A stretch of DNA of 32,000 nucleotides from Aigarchaeota archaeon (GTDB lineage: Archaea > Thermoproteota > Nitrososphaeria_A > Caldarchaeales > Calditenuaceae), in assembly GCA_025059745.1 (NCBI GenBank), contig JANXDH010000006.1, forward strand, positions 35,343-67,342, read 5' to 3'. This document shows positions 8,712 to 18,090 of this stretch, one piece after another (position 1 is the first letter of the stretch; each line of letters opens with the position of its first letter). The position numbers were made by a program, and so were the translations under genes. The notes under the pieces are model-generated. The model was not told the DNA's origin. It did not search any database and saw only the letters and a list, made by a program, of their open reading frames with translations.

Positions 8712-11329
8712 ATCTTCAGAGAATATTCATCCGGGAGAACATCATCAGGTACGCTCTCCCCATAGCGTCGGCAACGTTATTGATGACTGTGATCATATTC
8801 ATCCTCGGAGAGCCTTTTTTCAATACGCCGTACCTGCCTGGTAATCGAGGGTCAATAGAGTACGCATATCTCACAGGGGTAGCTGAAAAGATGGGCTTCG
8901 GCCGCCCCTATACATTCTACTCATTGTTGACGCACTCCTTAGCTTTGTTTATGGATAATTTATTAGATGCAGCAAAGATTTCAGCGTTAACGCTCCTCGC
9001 TATCTATCTAACAAGTACGTACCTCCTCGCATCTCTTTATTCTTCACGCTGGATAGGCCTTCTCGCTCTTCTAAGCGCGTTCCTACCACCCGTCTATGAT
9101 ACGCTCTTCAAGGGCGACTACATGTCTTTAAGCGTAATTACATTCACCGCACCTTTACTCATCGGATTAACTTTACTCTACCGCGAATCTCATATGAGGA
9201 GGGGGATGGTCTTTGCATCGTTAGGGGTATTGGCTCTTCCATTTAGCGACCCGACCTTGCTGCTTATGATTACCATAGCTATTCTTCTCTCATTAACGAC
9301 ACTATATATGTTAAAAAGACGTTTGCTGGTTCATGTTATTACACTGGGTTCACTTTTGGCTGGGACGTCCTCCCTCTCATTCACGCTAAACGCCTCGTTT
9401 ACGGATGAATTATGGAAAACTAATCCGTTGGATCACCTGACATCCAATGTAGTAATTACTTCAGCGCTTATAGTCGCTGCCTCTGTGGGTGCCCTCAGCT
9501 TATATCAAGTTGGGCGTAAGAGAGAGTTGAGTCTAATTCTCGTCTGGATATTGGTAGTAATCGTGTCCTCACCGTTCCAACCAATGATCTTGGTAACTCT
9601 AATCCCGGTCCTGTCAGCTCTCTCATCCTCTCCTTTAATCTATTGGAATGAGGCAATAAAAGTTAGAAAAGTAGCTAAAATTGAGGAGACGCCTTATTAT
9701 GAGCTAGAGATAGACCATACTCAAGTCTTAAGATGTATTACTGCCGTCATGCTGGCCTCGTTACTGGTTTTAACCGTACCGTTGGCTATTGCGTCAGGAA
9801 ATAATGAGACTCAACACGCTCATAAGGTAAAAGAGGTGGAGGAGGCTTCCAAATTTCTTAAGACTATCTCGAGGGGGGAGCTTATTGTTGCTCACCCTTC
9901 CATTGCTAACTGGTTATCTGCTTCGTCAACTCTAAAGGTCCTGCCCACGGTAAACTCAGAGTCGTTCGAGATTGCAGATCTTTTAACCTCGTCAAGCTTT
10001 AGGGTCGTTACCCAGTATCTCAAAATCGATGATAGGGAGCCTTTCTCGGCAGCTAGGGCGCCTCTCATACAAATATATGATGGGAAAAGATACAGACCTT
10101 TCCTGTATATTGATGACTCTTATATTAAAATAACTCTGAGGGGGCCTGAGGGCAAAGATTTCACTGAAAGCCCTTACAAGGCTCGCTTCCTTGGGTACAG
10201 ATGGAACGAGACTGAAACGGAGATATTGCTCGCGTTAAGGTTCCAGTCAGCTGGTCTGTTTATAAATAAAAGCATCGTCGTGAGTAAGTATGATGCAAAA
10301 GTTAAGATTGAATACAGCGCCAGAGTCTTTAAGCAAGGGTATAAAGTAGTTTCCCTCATGCTAAATGTCTATAGTGTTGTCTTGGCTGAACTACCGCAGT
10401 TAACCATAGAAGAGACAAGGGGATATATGAAGATCGATGAGCATCTATTTCTCATTGATTATTCGGGAAATCTGGTAAAACTCTCTCATGATAAGACTAA
10501 GGATCAAAGGTTCACGGTAGGGCTTTTCCAACCTTCTACCGAGTTTACCGTGAAGGGGGCTGTAACTATCAGTTCACCTACAGCGTTGAGCTCTGGACGT
10601 AAGCCGTGGTACGCATCCTTTATGGATTTGGTTGAGAAGCTGGCTGTGAAGTACGTGGTCATTCCGAAAGAAAATAGAGATTTTCTCAAAGACGCACTAC
10701 CCGTTGATGTAGAGAACCTCGTAGTGAAAGACTCGTTTGTAAGATACATAATAAGTAGTGAAGGGAAGTTGTACCACGAGGCTCCAGCCTATGCTCTCGT
10801 TCTAAATGAGACTATAAACCCAGAAATGAGGGAGGTCTGGTATAAGACCGCTGGCCTTAACATCAAAAAGGTCATAAGAGCGTCAGACAGCACGAGTGTT
10901 GACATTACTTATGAGGCCAGACCTCATAAGAGAGACACGTATCTTATCGCATCGACGTTGTCTATATGGATTGATTGGAATAGGTTTGTTCTCCTCTTCA
11001 GAGTTGACGAAAGTAACAAGACCTTGAAGTTATCCCTCGACTCGGCTACATTTACAATTCGTATTAAGGGAAATGTGACGGGCGTCGTGATGGAGTTGCA
11101 TCCTGAATACAAGCAGAGCAGGATCTTGGTTACTTACTCTCTCAATCCAGAAGCGGCTATGTTTGGCCTTTCCATAGAATCTAACAACCCCCTAATCGCC
11201 AAATATGAACCAACGACAAGGCCCGAGATGAGAGAGGAGGACGTTTTGACAATCCTTACTGAGGAGGGGTTCTTTAAACCTTTAAAGGAGTTGAATCTTT
11301 ATATAGTATTCGAGATAACTCCGCCATAA
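8699..11329 (+). CDS. Large polytopic membrane protein (about 370-aa TM domain plus about 500-aa extracytoplasmic domain) with STT3/AglB-like layout but no WWDYG motif
   Basis: 876-aa ORF overlapping the upstream gene by 13 nt. It has many TM helices followed by a long beta-rich soluble domain. I found no WWDYG motif by eye. Confidence 0.6.
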   Translation: MESLNLQRIFIRENIIRYALPIASATLLMTVIIFILGEPFFNTPYLPGNRGSIEYAYLTGVAEKMGFGRPYTFYSLLTHSLALFMDNLLDAAKISALTLLAIYLTSTYLLASLYSSRWIGLLALLSAFLPPVYDTLFKGDYMSLSVITFTAPLLIGLTLLYRESHMRRGMVFASLGVLALPFSDPTLLLMITIAILLSLTTLYMLKRRLLVHVITLGSLLAGTSSLSFTLNASFTDELWKTNPLDHLTSNVVITSALIVAASVGALSLYQVGRKRELSLILVWILVVIVSSPFQPMILVTLIPVLSALSSSPLIYWNEAIKVRKVAKIEETPYYELEIDHTQVLRCITAVMLASLLVLTVPLAIASGNNETQHAHKVKEVEEASKFLKTISRGELIVAHPSIANWLSASSTLKVLPTVNSESFEIADLLTSSSFRVVTQYLKIDDREPFSAARAPLIQIYDGKRYRPFLYIDDSYIKITLRGPEGKDFTESPYKARFLGYRWNETETEILLALRFQSAGLFINKSIVVSKYDAKVKIEYSARVFKQGYKVVSLMLNVYSVVLAELPQLTIEETRGYMKIDEHLFLIDYSGNLVKLSHDKTKDQRFTVGLFQPSTEFTVKGAVTISSPTALSSGRKPWYASFMDLVEKLAVKYVVIPKENRDFLKDALPVDVENLVVKDSFVRYIISSEGKLYHEAPAYALVLNETINPEMREVWYKTAGLNIKKVIRASDSTSVDITYEARPHKRDTYLIASTLSIWIDWNRFVLLFRVDESNKTLKLSLDSATFTIRIKGNVTGVVMELHPEYKQSRILVTYSLNPEAAMFGLSIESNNPLIAKYEPTTRPEMREEDVLTILTEEGFFKPLKELNLYIVFEITPP

Positions 11330-11330
11330 C

Positions 11331-12308
11331 GTGAATAAATTGAAGAGACTTGGTTATTATGAGTTTGCAGTAGTCATGCTCATAATAGTTGCGAGCTTCT
11401 TGCCTCTAATACGCACTGAGGACGTCTGGAGCGGTTTCGGTAGCCACGGATCCCATTTCTATAAGAGTGGTTTCTATGAGTTATATTACTCCGATCATAC
11501 TTCGGGAGTGGGGAAACCTGAGATTTACTTAACAAATGGGCATGATAGAACACCCCTTATTGAGTTCAGTGACCACACCTCTTGGATAGGCTGGCTCAAT
11601 CTTTACTATGACTTTGAGGTAAGAGTAAAAACGCATGATTCAATTCTAGAGGCAGCATATAATGGAGGGGGGGTTGAGTTAATTAAAACCGTAGAGCCTG
11701 GCGAAAAGTACATCAAGGTCAAATACTATTCAAGTAACCCTCAGGCAAATCTTACCGTATCGCTATGGAGATGGTATTTCGAAGATGTTAGTGGAATTAC
11801 CAAGTACAATTGGAGGGTATCAAAAATCCAACCCGTTAACGAATTGAGATTCTCTTTCCGCTCGTCCGAGACTATCTGCGAAGCCAAGCTACTCATCTAC
11901 CCTCTCCCTAAAGAAATATTAGTTAATGGTGACCAGTTAGGAATAGACAAGATAGTTTTGTCTTTTGAGGCTAAAACTGTTGAGTTAGCGCTGGAAGCTG
12001 ACACAGGCTGTCTCAACAACAGCATAACGCTCTCATCAATGTACATCTATCCGATCATAGCAGGTGTTCTCTCAGCAGGGTATCTGGTGCTCAATCGATT
12101 TTGCAATAACGTAAGAACCATAGATCGCTGGAGTAAGGTCTTCGATTCCTCGAGCTCGAGAGTGCTAAGAGAGCCGCTGTTTTTAGCTTTGGCTAGTGGA
12201 ATGATTAGGCTAGCTTTAGCCCCTTTTTCATGCATACATGGGATGTCACGACCGTCCAAGAATCAATGGAGGACTTTCTCTCTGGGAGAAATGTCTATGA
12301 GACTGTGA
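11331..12308 (+). CDS. Membrane protein (TM, about 215-aa ectodomain, two TM helices); probably the N-terminal part of the next gene
   Basis: GTG start 2 nt after the upstream stop. The last predicted TM helix (LFLALASGMIRLALAPF) ends exactly at the heptamer C CCT TTT (12221-12227), where the -1 frame of ORF 12230..13399 is already open. Confidence 0.55.
   Translation: MNKLKRLGYYEFAVVMLIIVASFLPLIRTEDVWSGFGSHGSHFYKSGFYELYYSDHTSGVGKPEIYLTNGHDRTPLIEFSDHTSWIGWLNLYYDFEVRVKTHDSILEAAYNGGGVELIKTVEPGEKYIKVKYYSSNPQANLTVSLWRWYFEDVSGITKYNWRVSKIQPVNELRFSFRSSETICEAKLLIYPLPKEILVNGDQLGIDKIVLSFEAKTVELALEADTGCLNNSITLSSMYIYPIIAGVLSAGYLVLNRFCNNVRTIDRWSKVFDSSSSRVLREPLFLALASGMIRLALAPFSCIHGMSRPSKNQWRTFSLGEMSMRL
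12221..12227 (+). other. Candidate -1 frameshift site (X XXY YYZ heptamer C CCT TTT) joining ORF 11331..12308 to ORF 12230..13399
   Basis: The zero frame reads GCC CCT TTT TCA. A -1 slip gives CCC TTT TTC ATG CAT ACA TGG, that is ...LALAPFFMHTWDV. The -1 frame is open from 12209. A weak stem (12241-12245 pairing with 12253-12257) lies 13 nt downstream. Confidence 0.35.
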
Positions 12309-13399
12309 GCGAGAAGACGGAGATGCTCAGAGAACTCAACGGTGTTGATGCCAGCTACGAGGGATACACCTATCTTCCACATCTTCTATTTATCTACGCC
12401 CCGTTCTACTTCATATACAAGCTTGTAACTGATGGGAGACCTCCGATTTCCGGCGGACACTTTGAAGGACCGTTTATGTTAATCGAACCCAACATTTATG
12501 TCTTCTTAGTTCTGATCAAGGTTCCGATAATCATAGCGGATGCCGCAATAACTTACACGCTAGCTGTGAAATCTCACAGGATAGGGCTGATCTATGCGTT
12601 TCTCCCCTATTCTATAACAATAACTTCGATATGGGGAGCCTTTGATCCATTAGTCGGACTCCTCTTACTTCTGACAGCTATGAATCTAGATAAACGGCCG
12701 TTGGTAGCAGGTCTGCTCTTCGGGATTGCAGTTATGAAACTATATGTGATCGTTACTTTACCAGCTATTCTGCTCTATTTCTCCAAGAATAGGAGGAACC
12801 TCGTCGTATTCCTAATAGGCCTGACGGCCTCTCAGATCCCTACGCTATTGTTCCTCATCCAGAACCCTGAGACCATGTTGAATAGTATATTGTTCCACAC
12901 CTCTAGATCTCCGGGTGGTGTGAATTTTCTTCATTTAGCGCCGAAACTTTATAGTTATGATTTGCAATCGTTTGTCAATAAGCTTGCCCTTTTAACCCTC
13001 GGTATAGCTGTTTCGGTACTCGCCCTCAAGTCCGGTAAGGGGTTCGGTAGGTACCTAGTCCCTTCTCTAGCCGCTTACATGGCTATTGGGCCAGTAACGA
13101 ATGAACAGCACTTATCTAGTATATTGCCTCTCCTCTTTTACAGGGGAAGGTCGTTACTAGCGTTGTGGCTTTCTTATGCTTATCTTTTTTACGCATTACT
13201 ATACTCGGGGCCTGCATACTATACACGCCCAATATCCGCTATTTCAGAAGATTTAAATGACATTCTGTTGATCATAAACCAATCGTGGTACGCTATTTTC
13301 GCCGATATAACTTCACAACTGCTTTATGGTTTAGCCGTAATTTGCTCGTTGACACTCTTCCACGCCATAAAAGGTTTCGTTCAAAAAGTCGCTGCATAG
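12230..13399 (+). CDS. GT-C-fold glycosyltransferase core, PIG-M/DUF2029-like (probably lacks its own first TM helix)
   Basis: It starts directly with an acidic loop (HTWDVTTVQESMEDFLSGRNVYE...YEGYTYLPH) followed by about 10 TM helices. In GT-C enzymes this loop normally follows TM1 and faces outside. Confidence 0.6.
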   Translation: MHTWDVTTVQESMEDFLSGRNVYETVSEKTEMLRELNGVDASYEGYTYLPHLLFIYAPFYFIYKLVTDGRPPISGGHFEGPFMLIEPNIYVFLVLIKVPIIIADAAITYTLAVKSHRIGLIYAFLPYSITITSIWGAFDPLVGLLLLLTAMNLDKRPLVAGLLFGIAVMKLYVIVTLPAILLYFSKNRRNLVVFLIGLTASQIPTLLFLIQNPETMLNSILFHTSRSPGGVNFLHLAPKLYSYDLQSFVNKLALLTLGIAVSVLALKSGKGFGRYLVPSLAAYMAIGPVTNEQHLSSILPLLFYRGRSLLALWLSYAYLFYALLYSGPAYYTRPISAISEDLNDILLIINQSWYAIFADITSQLLYGLAVICSLTLFHAIKGFVQKVAA

Positions 13400-13409
13400 T
13401 TCAAGAGAG

Positions 13410-13415
13410 TTTTTT
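13410..13415 (+). terminator. Oligo-T tract after ORF 12230..13399
   Basis: A T6 run lies 11 nt after the TAG stop (13397-13399), matching the archaeal oligo-T termination signal. Confidence 0.35.
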
Positions 13416-13489
13416 GTGGGAAGCCCAATGATCAGGATTGGGATTCGGATAAGACTGACATTGAGTCCCTAAAGTAGGCTGACTTGTAA

Positions 13490-14566
13490 ATGAGTCTACA
13501 AGTTATATTCCTGTCTCTAACCTCTAGGGTCAGTGTAATAATAATTGCCCTATTAGCTTCTCATTTTTTAATAATTAGGCAAGTTAGTTCGTGGAGCGTT
13601 GATGTTCCATTAGTTGGTTTGTTTGTTCGCTGGGATTCTGCATATTATCTGACGATATCTCAGCATGGGTTTGTAGAGGAAAACCTGTGGGCGTTTAGAC
13701 CGATTTACCCTCTATTTTTAAGAGCTGTCACTTTGACAAATCAACCCACATGGGAGTTTTTATCCATTGTAGGCTTCGTAGTGAGTAACGCATTTTTCGT
13801 CTTAGCAGTCTACTACCTGTATAAACTAACTAGTCTACTTTTTGACAAAAACACATCATGGAACTCTGTGAAGTTCTTTTGTTTAGCGCCCGGCACCGTT
13901 TATTTTTCAGCCATCTACCCAGACTCGATGTATCTATTTTTCTTGTTTTCTTCTTTCTACTTCTTAGAGAAATCAAAGTATCACATTTCAGCGCTTTTTA
14001 TGACGCTCGCAGTCTTGACTAGGCCTGAGGGCGTTTTGGTAAGCCTCGTGTATCTTTTTGTCAATAAAATTGAAATGAGAAAGAAAAAGATCAGAATATT
14101 GTTAGTCCGCAACGTACATTATGCTATAGGATTAATCCTAATATTTATGAGCTATCCGATTTTCGCTTTGGCTAGCTCAGATCTCTTTCGTCCCATTTAC
14201 TCAGCCCTAAAGTGGGATACATGGACTATCGTTCAATTTTTGCAACCGTGGTGGACTACTGAACCAGATTTCTTTCCAGCTATTGCTGCATGGCTAACCT
14301 TATTATTGTCGGCCATCGCCTTCTCTTTTGGAATTAAATCATTCCTTCGTGATAATTTATCTAAATATTACATCTGGAGTTTATGTACATTTTTTGTTCT
14401 CGTATTTGTCGGTGATTTCCGTTCATTACCGAGGCTCTCTGCCCAGTTAATAGTTGTTTGGTGGTTTTTCTCACAGAATAAACTCCGCAAGGGGTGGTTG
14501 TTCTTGTTTGCTCTTTTATCAACCCTGAGCACTATACTGTTTATAACATGGCATCCGTTACTCTAA
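13490..14566 (+). CDS. GT-C-fold mannosyltransferase-like protein, PIG-V/Gpi18 (GT76)-like
   Basis: RWDSAYYLTISQHGFVEENLWAFRPIYPLFL closely follows the PIG-V signature as I recall it (RWD[AS]..[FY]L.IA.HGY..E...AFFP). The protein has about 8-9 TM helices. Confidence 0.7.
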   Translation: MSLQVIFLSLTSRVSVIIIALLASHFLIIRQVSSWSVDVPLVGLFVRWDSAYYLTISQHGFVEENLWAFRPIYPLFLRAVTLTNQPTWEFLSIVGFVVSNAFFVLAVYYLYKLTSLLFDKNTSWNSVKFFCLAPGTVYFSAIYPDSMYLFFLFSSFYFLEKSKYHISALFMTLAVLTRPEGVLVSLVYLFVNKIEMRKKKIRILLVRNVHYAIGLILIFMSYPIFALASSDLFRPIYSALKWDTWTIVQFLQPWWTTEPDFFPAIAAWLTLLLSAIAFSFGIKSFLRDNLSKYYIWSLCTFFVLVFVGDFRSLPRLSAQLIVVWWFFSQNKLRKGWLFLFALLSTLSTILFITWHPLL

Positions 14567-14582
14567 TCTTGGTCTGGGTGTT

Positions 14583-15131
14583 ATGAACGATACAGAAATA
14601 ACATTAAGAGTGTTTGAACCGAGGGACTCCGAAAAAGTGATAGATTTCTTTACTAGACTGTCAGAGAATACGATTAGGAATTATACAAGATTCGGTTTTC
14701 CCTTAGACATTGATAGTGTTAAGAAACACTTAAGCTGGGTAACTGAAAGCGGATCCGAAATGGAGAAAATATTCATTGCAATAGTGGGCGATAAGGTAGT
14801 CGGTTTGGGTCACTTGACCTTTTTTCAAAAAACTTGGAAAAAACACGTTTGTACCCTAGGAATTGTCATCGAGGACGGTTGGCAGGGAAAGGGGATAGGT
14901 AAAAGTATAATGAATTACATGATATCTTTTGCTAAACAAAAAGGTATTAAAAAAGTGTGGCTTTCGGTATATGCTGATAATCTACGAGCGCGACAACTTT
15001 ATGAGAAAATGGGTTTTGTTGTGGAGGGAATTTTTATCAATGAAGAGATATTTGGTGGGGTTGCGCGGCATGTTATATCGATGGCCCTATTTTTGGACGA
15101 AACATATAAGCCTGATAAGACGACAGGCTGA
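14583..15131 (+). CDS. GNAT-family N-acetyltransferase
   Basis: Acetyl-CoA binding motif A, WQGKGIGKSIM, then ...VWLSVYADNLRARQLYEKMGFVVEG. Confidence 0.85.
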   Translation: MNDTEITLRVFEPRDSEKVIDFFTRLSENTIRNYTRFGFPLDIDSVKKHLSWVTESGSEMEKIFIAIVGDKVVGLGHLTFFQKTWKKHVCTLGIVIEDGWQGKGIGKSIMNYMISFAKQKGIKKVWLSVYADNLRARQLYEKMGFVVEGIFINEEIFGGVARHVISMALFLDETYKPDKTTG

Positions 15132-15171
15132 TTTTATAGGATGGCTTAATGAGTAGTGGCTAAGACGAGAG

Positions 15172-17268
15172 ATGAGAATTAAAATAACGTTTCATTTCAT
15201 AAGAGAGGCGTTGCATAGCAGCGTAGCCGCTTTAATAATCCTTGCCGGTAGCGCTCTGCGCATTTACCTGGCCTTATTTAACCAATATATAGAGTATGAT
15301 GAGGCCGTTTTTCTTGACATGGTCAGATTATTTTTGAATGGTAACATTATATATAGTGATTTTTTGTTATTCAAAACACCTTTACATGTTTTGTTCTCAT
15401 CGATCTTTGTCATAGTTTTTGGTGATGCAATTTTATCCCTCCGGTTTTTCAGCATCTTCATGAGCCTCTTTACCATGTTGCTATTGTATGTGATAGTGAG
15501 ATTATGGTTGAATACTCTGTATGCTCATATGGCATTGGTGTTTTATTCTTTCTCCCCTATCAGTATTGAATTTGATACAATTGGTAAGGCTGAATCGATG
15601 TTTGTTGCCTTCTCTATGCTCTTTTTTTATCTTATTTCAAGATTATTAATTTTCGGAGGTAAAAAAAATCTTGTTCTCTTGAGTTCTATCGCGGGTGCAT
15701 TGTTAGTATTATCTCACGTTCGAGTCTTCATCCCTATGTTTTTAGGTGCCTTAATTTTCTTGATAATTCAAAGAAGATTTAAAACTGCGTTATTAATATT
15801 CAGTTTTACGTTAGCTTTTGCTACGATTTTCGTTTCACCATTTGTCATTCTAGCTCCATATGATTTCCTTCTAAATGTCGTTATTGTGGCATTGCTCCGG
15901 TATCACCCGTCCGTAGTCAGGCCTCTCGATATTTGGAGCCAGGCTTACTCTGTTTATCCACTTGAGTTCATGCTCGGTTTTGGTTATCTTATACCAATGT
16001 CTGTAATGTCTTTTATTTGGCGAAAAGAAAGTAAGAAAGAGAAGAAATTTGTTCAATTTGTGAGCGTTTTAGCAATCGCCCACATACTTTCGTTTACTTT
16101 CCTGTTCCCATTTCATTACGTGTACCTCATGTATGGATTTTTCTCCATCTTCGTATTGGGATTCGTTTCTTTGTTGGTACTGATCAACTCGTTATGGCGA
16201 GCATATTCCCGACGTAAAATTTTAAGTATATTTCTTTTGAGTCTAGGATTAATCTCTTTTGCCTCGGTTAGTATTATCGGACATAAGGAGTACGTTGAGT
16301 TCTTCTCTAGATATGAGTTCGCAACAAGCACCCAGGATATACCTGCGGAGAATATAAGAAATTTAACGAGAAATTTGTTTAGTAATAAAATATCATATGC
16401 TACGTTTGTCCCTAAATTCGCTTATTGGGTTGATGGGAAGCTCGAGTATTTGTCCAATGAATATAAGAGCCTTGATTCTATTGGAACTTTTGAGTTCTTC
16501 ACTATCAAACGAGCCTTAAATGAAACCGGAGGAATATTAAACCAGTTATTCCTTATTCTGTTCAATAGGCAAGAGCTTCATAACAATTGGGCTAGATTAC
16601 GTGGTGAGACTGTTAAATACATCATGGATGATTTAGTAAAAAGGGCCGAGGTCATAATATATAGTGAAGAAGTGAAATCATATATTCCGGAAGTTGATCT
16701 ACTTTATATTCTATCAAATCACTATGCATTCCTTTATCAGGAGGGGCCGTATATAGTTTTTGTTAAATTAACCGAGTCTGGAGTTAACAGCATTAATCTG
16801 CTCTCTTTAGAGTGGATTCCTGAATCGTGGTTTGGGTTGAACAGGCCAGGGACCGATTTCGGCTTGAACCATGAGGGAGAAAATAAAGTGATTTGGATTA
16901 ATTTCAAGAACAATACCGAACAATGGGTTCAATATAAAGTTGCTATAGAGGGGATCGAATTAAGGCCAAACATCTTGATGAGCGTAAAATTGAGTTCAAA
17001 TTGTCCCCAGAATTCTGTCGTGTTCAACTGGGAAATTAAAACGGTTAAGGGAACTATTAGAAAAATATATTCAACTCCTCACATATTCGTAACACAGAAA
17101 GATGAAGAAATCAGATTGACATATGATCTAACATCCCTACTCAGTATAACTGCACGGGAAGAGGTTGATGAAGTTGTTAGGATGTATATTGGCTTTATAA
17201 ATGTGTCCAAAAGAGCGTGTGAGGCGAGCTTCACTTTTAATGACTTGACGTTTCATTTAGAGAACTGA
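15172..17268 (+). CDS. GT-C-fold glycosyltransferase, PMT_2/ArnT-like, with an extracytoplasmic C-terminal domain of about 330 aa
   Basis: 698 aa. The first loop reads YIEYDEAVFLDMVRLFLNGNIIYSDF (a DE-containing loop as in ArnT/PMT-type enzymes), with about 11 TM helices and then a soluble domain. The gene is very AT-rich. Confidence 0.6.
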   Translation: MRIKITFHFIREALHSSVAALIILAGSALRIYLALFNQYIEYDEAVFLDMVRLFLNGNIIYSDFLLFKTPLHVLFSSIFVIVFGDAILSLRFFSIFMSLFTMLLLYVIVRLWLNTLYAHMALVFYSFSPISIEFDTIGKAESMFVAFSMLFFYLISRLLIFGGKKNLVLLSSIAGALLVLSHVRVFIPMFLGALIFLIIQRRFKTALLIFSFTLAFATIFVSPFVILAPYDFLLNVVIVALLRYHPSVVRPLDIWSQAYSVYPLEFMLGFGYLIPMSVMSFIWRKESKKEKKFVQFVSVLAIAHILSFTFLFPFHYVYLMYGFFSIFVLGFVSLLVLINSLWRAYSRRKILSIFLLSLGLISFASVSIIGHKEYVEFFSRYEFATSTQDIPAENIRNLTRNLFSNKISYATFVPKFAYWVDGKLEYLSNEYKSLDSIGTFEFFTIKRALNETGGILNQLFLILFNRQELHNNWARLRGETVKYIMDDLVKRAEVIIYSEEVKSYIPEVDLLYILSNHYAFLYQEGPYIVFVKLTESGVNSINLLSLEWIPESWFGLNRPGTDFGLNHEGENKVIWINFKNNTEQWVQYKVAIEGIELRPNILMSVKLSSNCPQNSVVFNWEIKTVKGTIRKIYSTPHIFVTQKDEEIRLTYDLTSLLSITAREEVDEVVRMYIGFINVSKRACEASFTFNDLTFHLEN

Positions 17269-17280
17269 CTTGGAGATCAG

Positions 17281-17290
17281 CTATAAATTG
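17281..17290 (+). promoter_or_regulatory. TATA-like box upstream of the DPM1-like GT2 gene
   Basis: CTATAAATTG is centred about 31 nt upstream of TTG 17316. An in-frame TAA at 17307-17309 excludes any earlier start. Confidence 0.3.
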
Positions 17291-17315
17291 AATCTTAGAA
17301 ATAAGATAATTTGAG

Positions 17316-17996
17316 TTGTACGTCTCAATTGTAATACCGACGATTAACGAGGCTCAGAACATTCCTGTAATATTTGAAAGGATCAAGAATACGTTGAAAG
17401 GCTACAAATATGAAATCGTAGTGGTCGATGATAACAGTTCTGATGATACAGTCGGTATAGCGACTTCGTTGGGAGCAAAAGTCATAAAGCATGACTTTAG
17501 GAGGGGAGTTGGTTATTCTGTTATGGAGGGGGCCGTGAATTCCCGCGGAGATATAGTCGTCATTATGGATGCTGACGGTAGTCATGATCCAGCTATCCTA
17601 CCCAATTTGGTTAGAATGGTCGAAGACAAATATGATGTCGCGAAAGCATCACGGTTTATTCATGGCGGTCATATGGAAGAAAGAGTCATTTCAACAGTTC
17701 TGTTCAATATCATTGCGAAGATGCTTTTAAACATTAAGGTTAACGATATAACTGGAGGTTACCTTGCAGCTAAAAAAGAATGTTTCAATATACACCCTTT
17801 TTTTAACGATGGTAGGTGGATTCTTTGGTTCATGTTTTCGAACAGAACAAGGAAAATAATCGAGGTACCATATATATACAGAAAGCGAGTTACTGGTTAT
17901 TCAAAGTATGGTGGAATTAAACATTTAAAAAGGGGATTTAATTATTTTTCTTGTCTAATCCACCTCTTAATGTTACGATTAATAGCATCAAGGTAA
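17316..17996 (+). CDS. Polyprenyl/dolichyl-phosphate sugar synthase (DPM1/GtrB-like GT2)
   Basis: VSIVIPTINEAQNI, YEIVVVDDNSSDDT and VVIMDADGSHDP motifs, typical of dolichol-phosphate mannose/glucose synthases. TTG start. Confidence 0.8.
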   Translation: MYVSIVIPTINEAQNIPVIFERIKNTLKGYKYEIVVVDDNSSDDTVGIATSLGAKVIKHDFRRGVGYSVMEGAVNSRGDIVVIMDADGSHDPAILPNLVRMVEDKYDVAKASRFIHGGHMEERVISTVLFNIIAKMLLNIKVNDITGGYLAAKKECFNIHPFFNDGRWILWFMFSNRTRKIIEVPYIYRKRVTGYSKYGGIKHLKRGFNYFSCLIHLLMLRLIASR

Positions 17997-18090
17997 GTAT
18001 GCATCCACAGATTTTTCCCTATGTAGATATTGCGCATCTGAATAAAGAGGCCTGTGAACCCTAAAGAGACTATCGAACTATTGATGCATC

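Noticed and set aside
8699-11329. Calling the 876-aa protein the oligosaccharyltransferase AglB
   Set aside because: The size and topology fit, but I found no WWDYG motif and no clear DxD-type first-loop motif. I therefore give only a generic GT-C-like call.
13424-13442. Small inverted repeat CCCAAT-N7-ATTGGG in the 13400-13489 intergenic region
   Set aside because: A 6-bp stem is expected by chance in 32 kb. It has no recognisable context beyond the adjacent oligo-T terminator.
14929-15156. 75-aa plus-strand ORF in an alternative frame
   Set aside because: It overlaps the 3' third of the GNAT gene, whose conserved C-terminal motifs (LYEKMGF) are encoded in the other frame.
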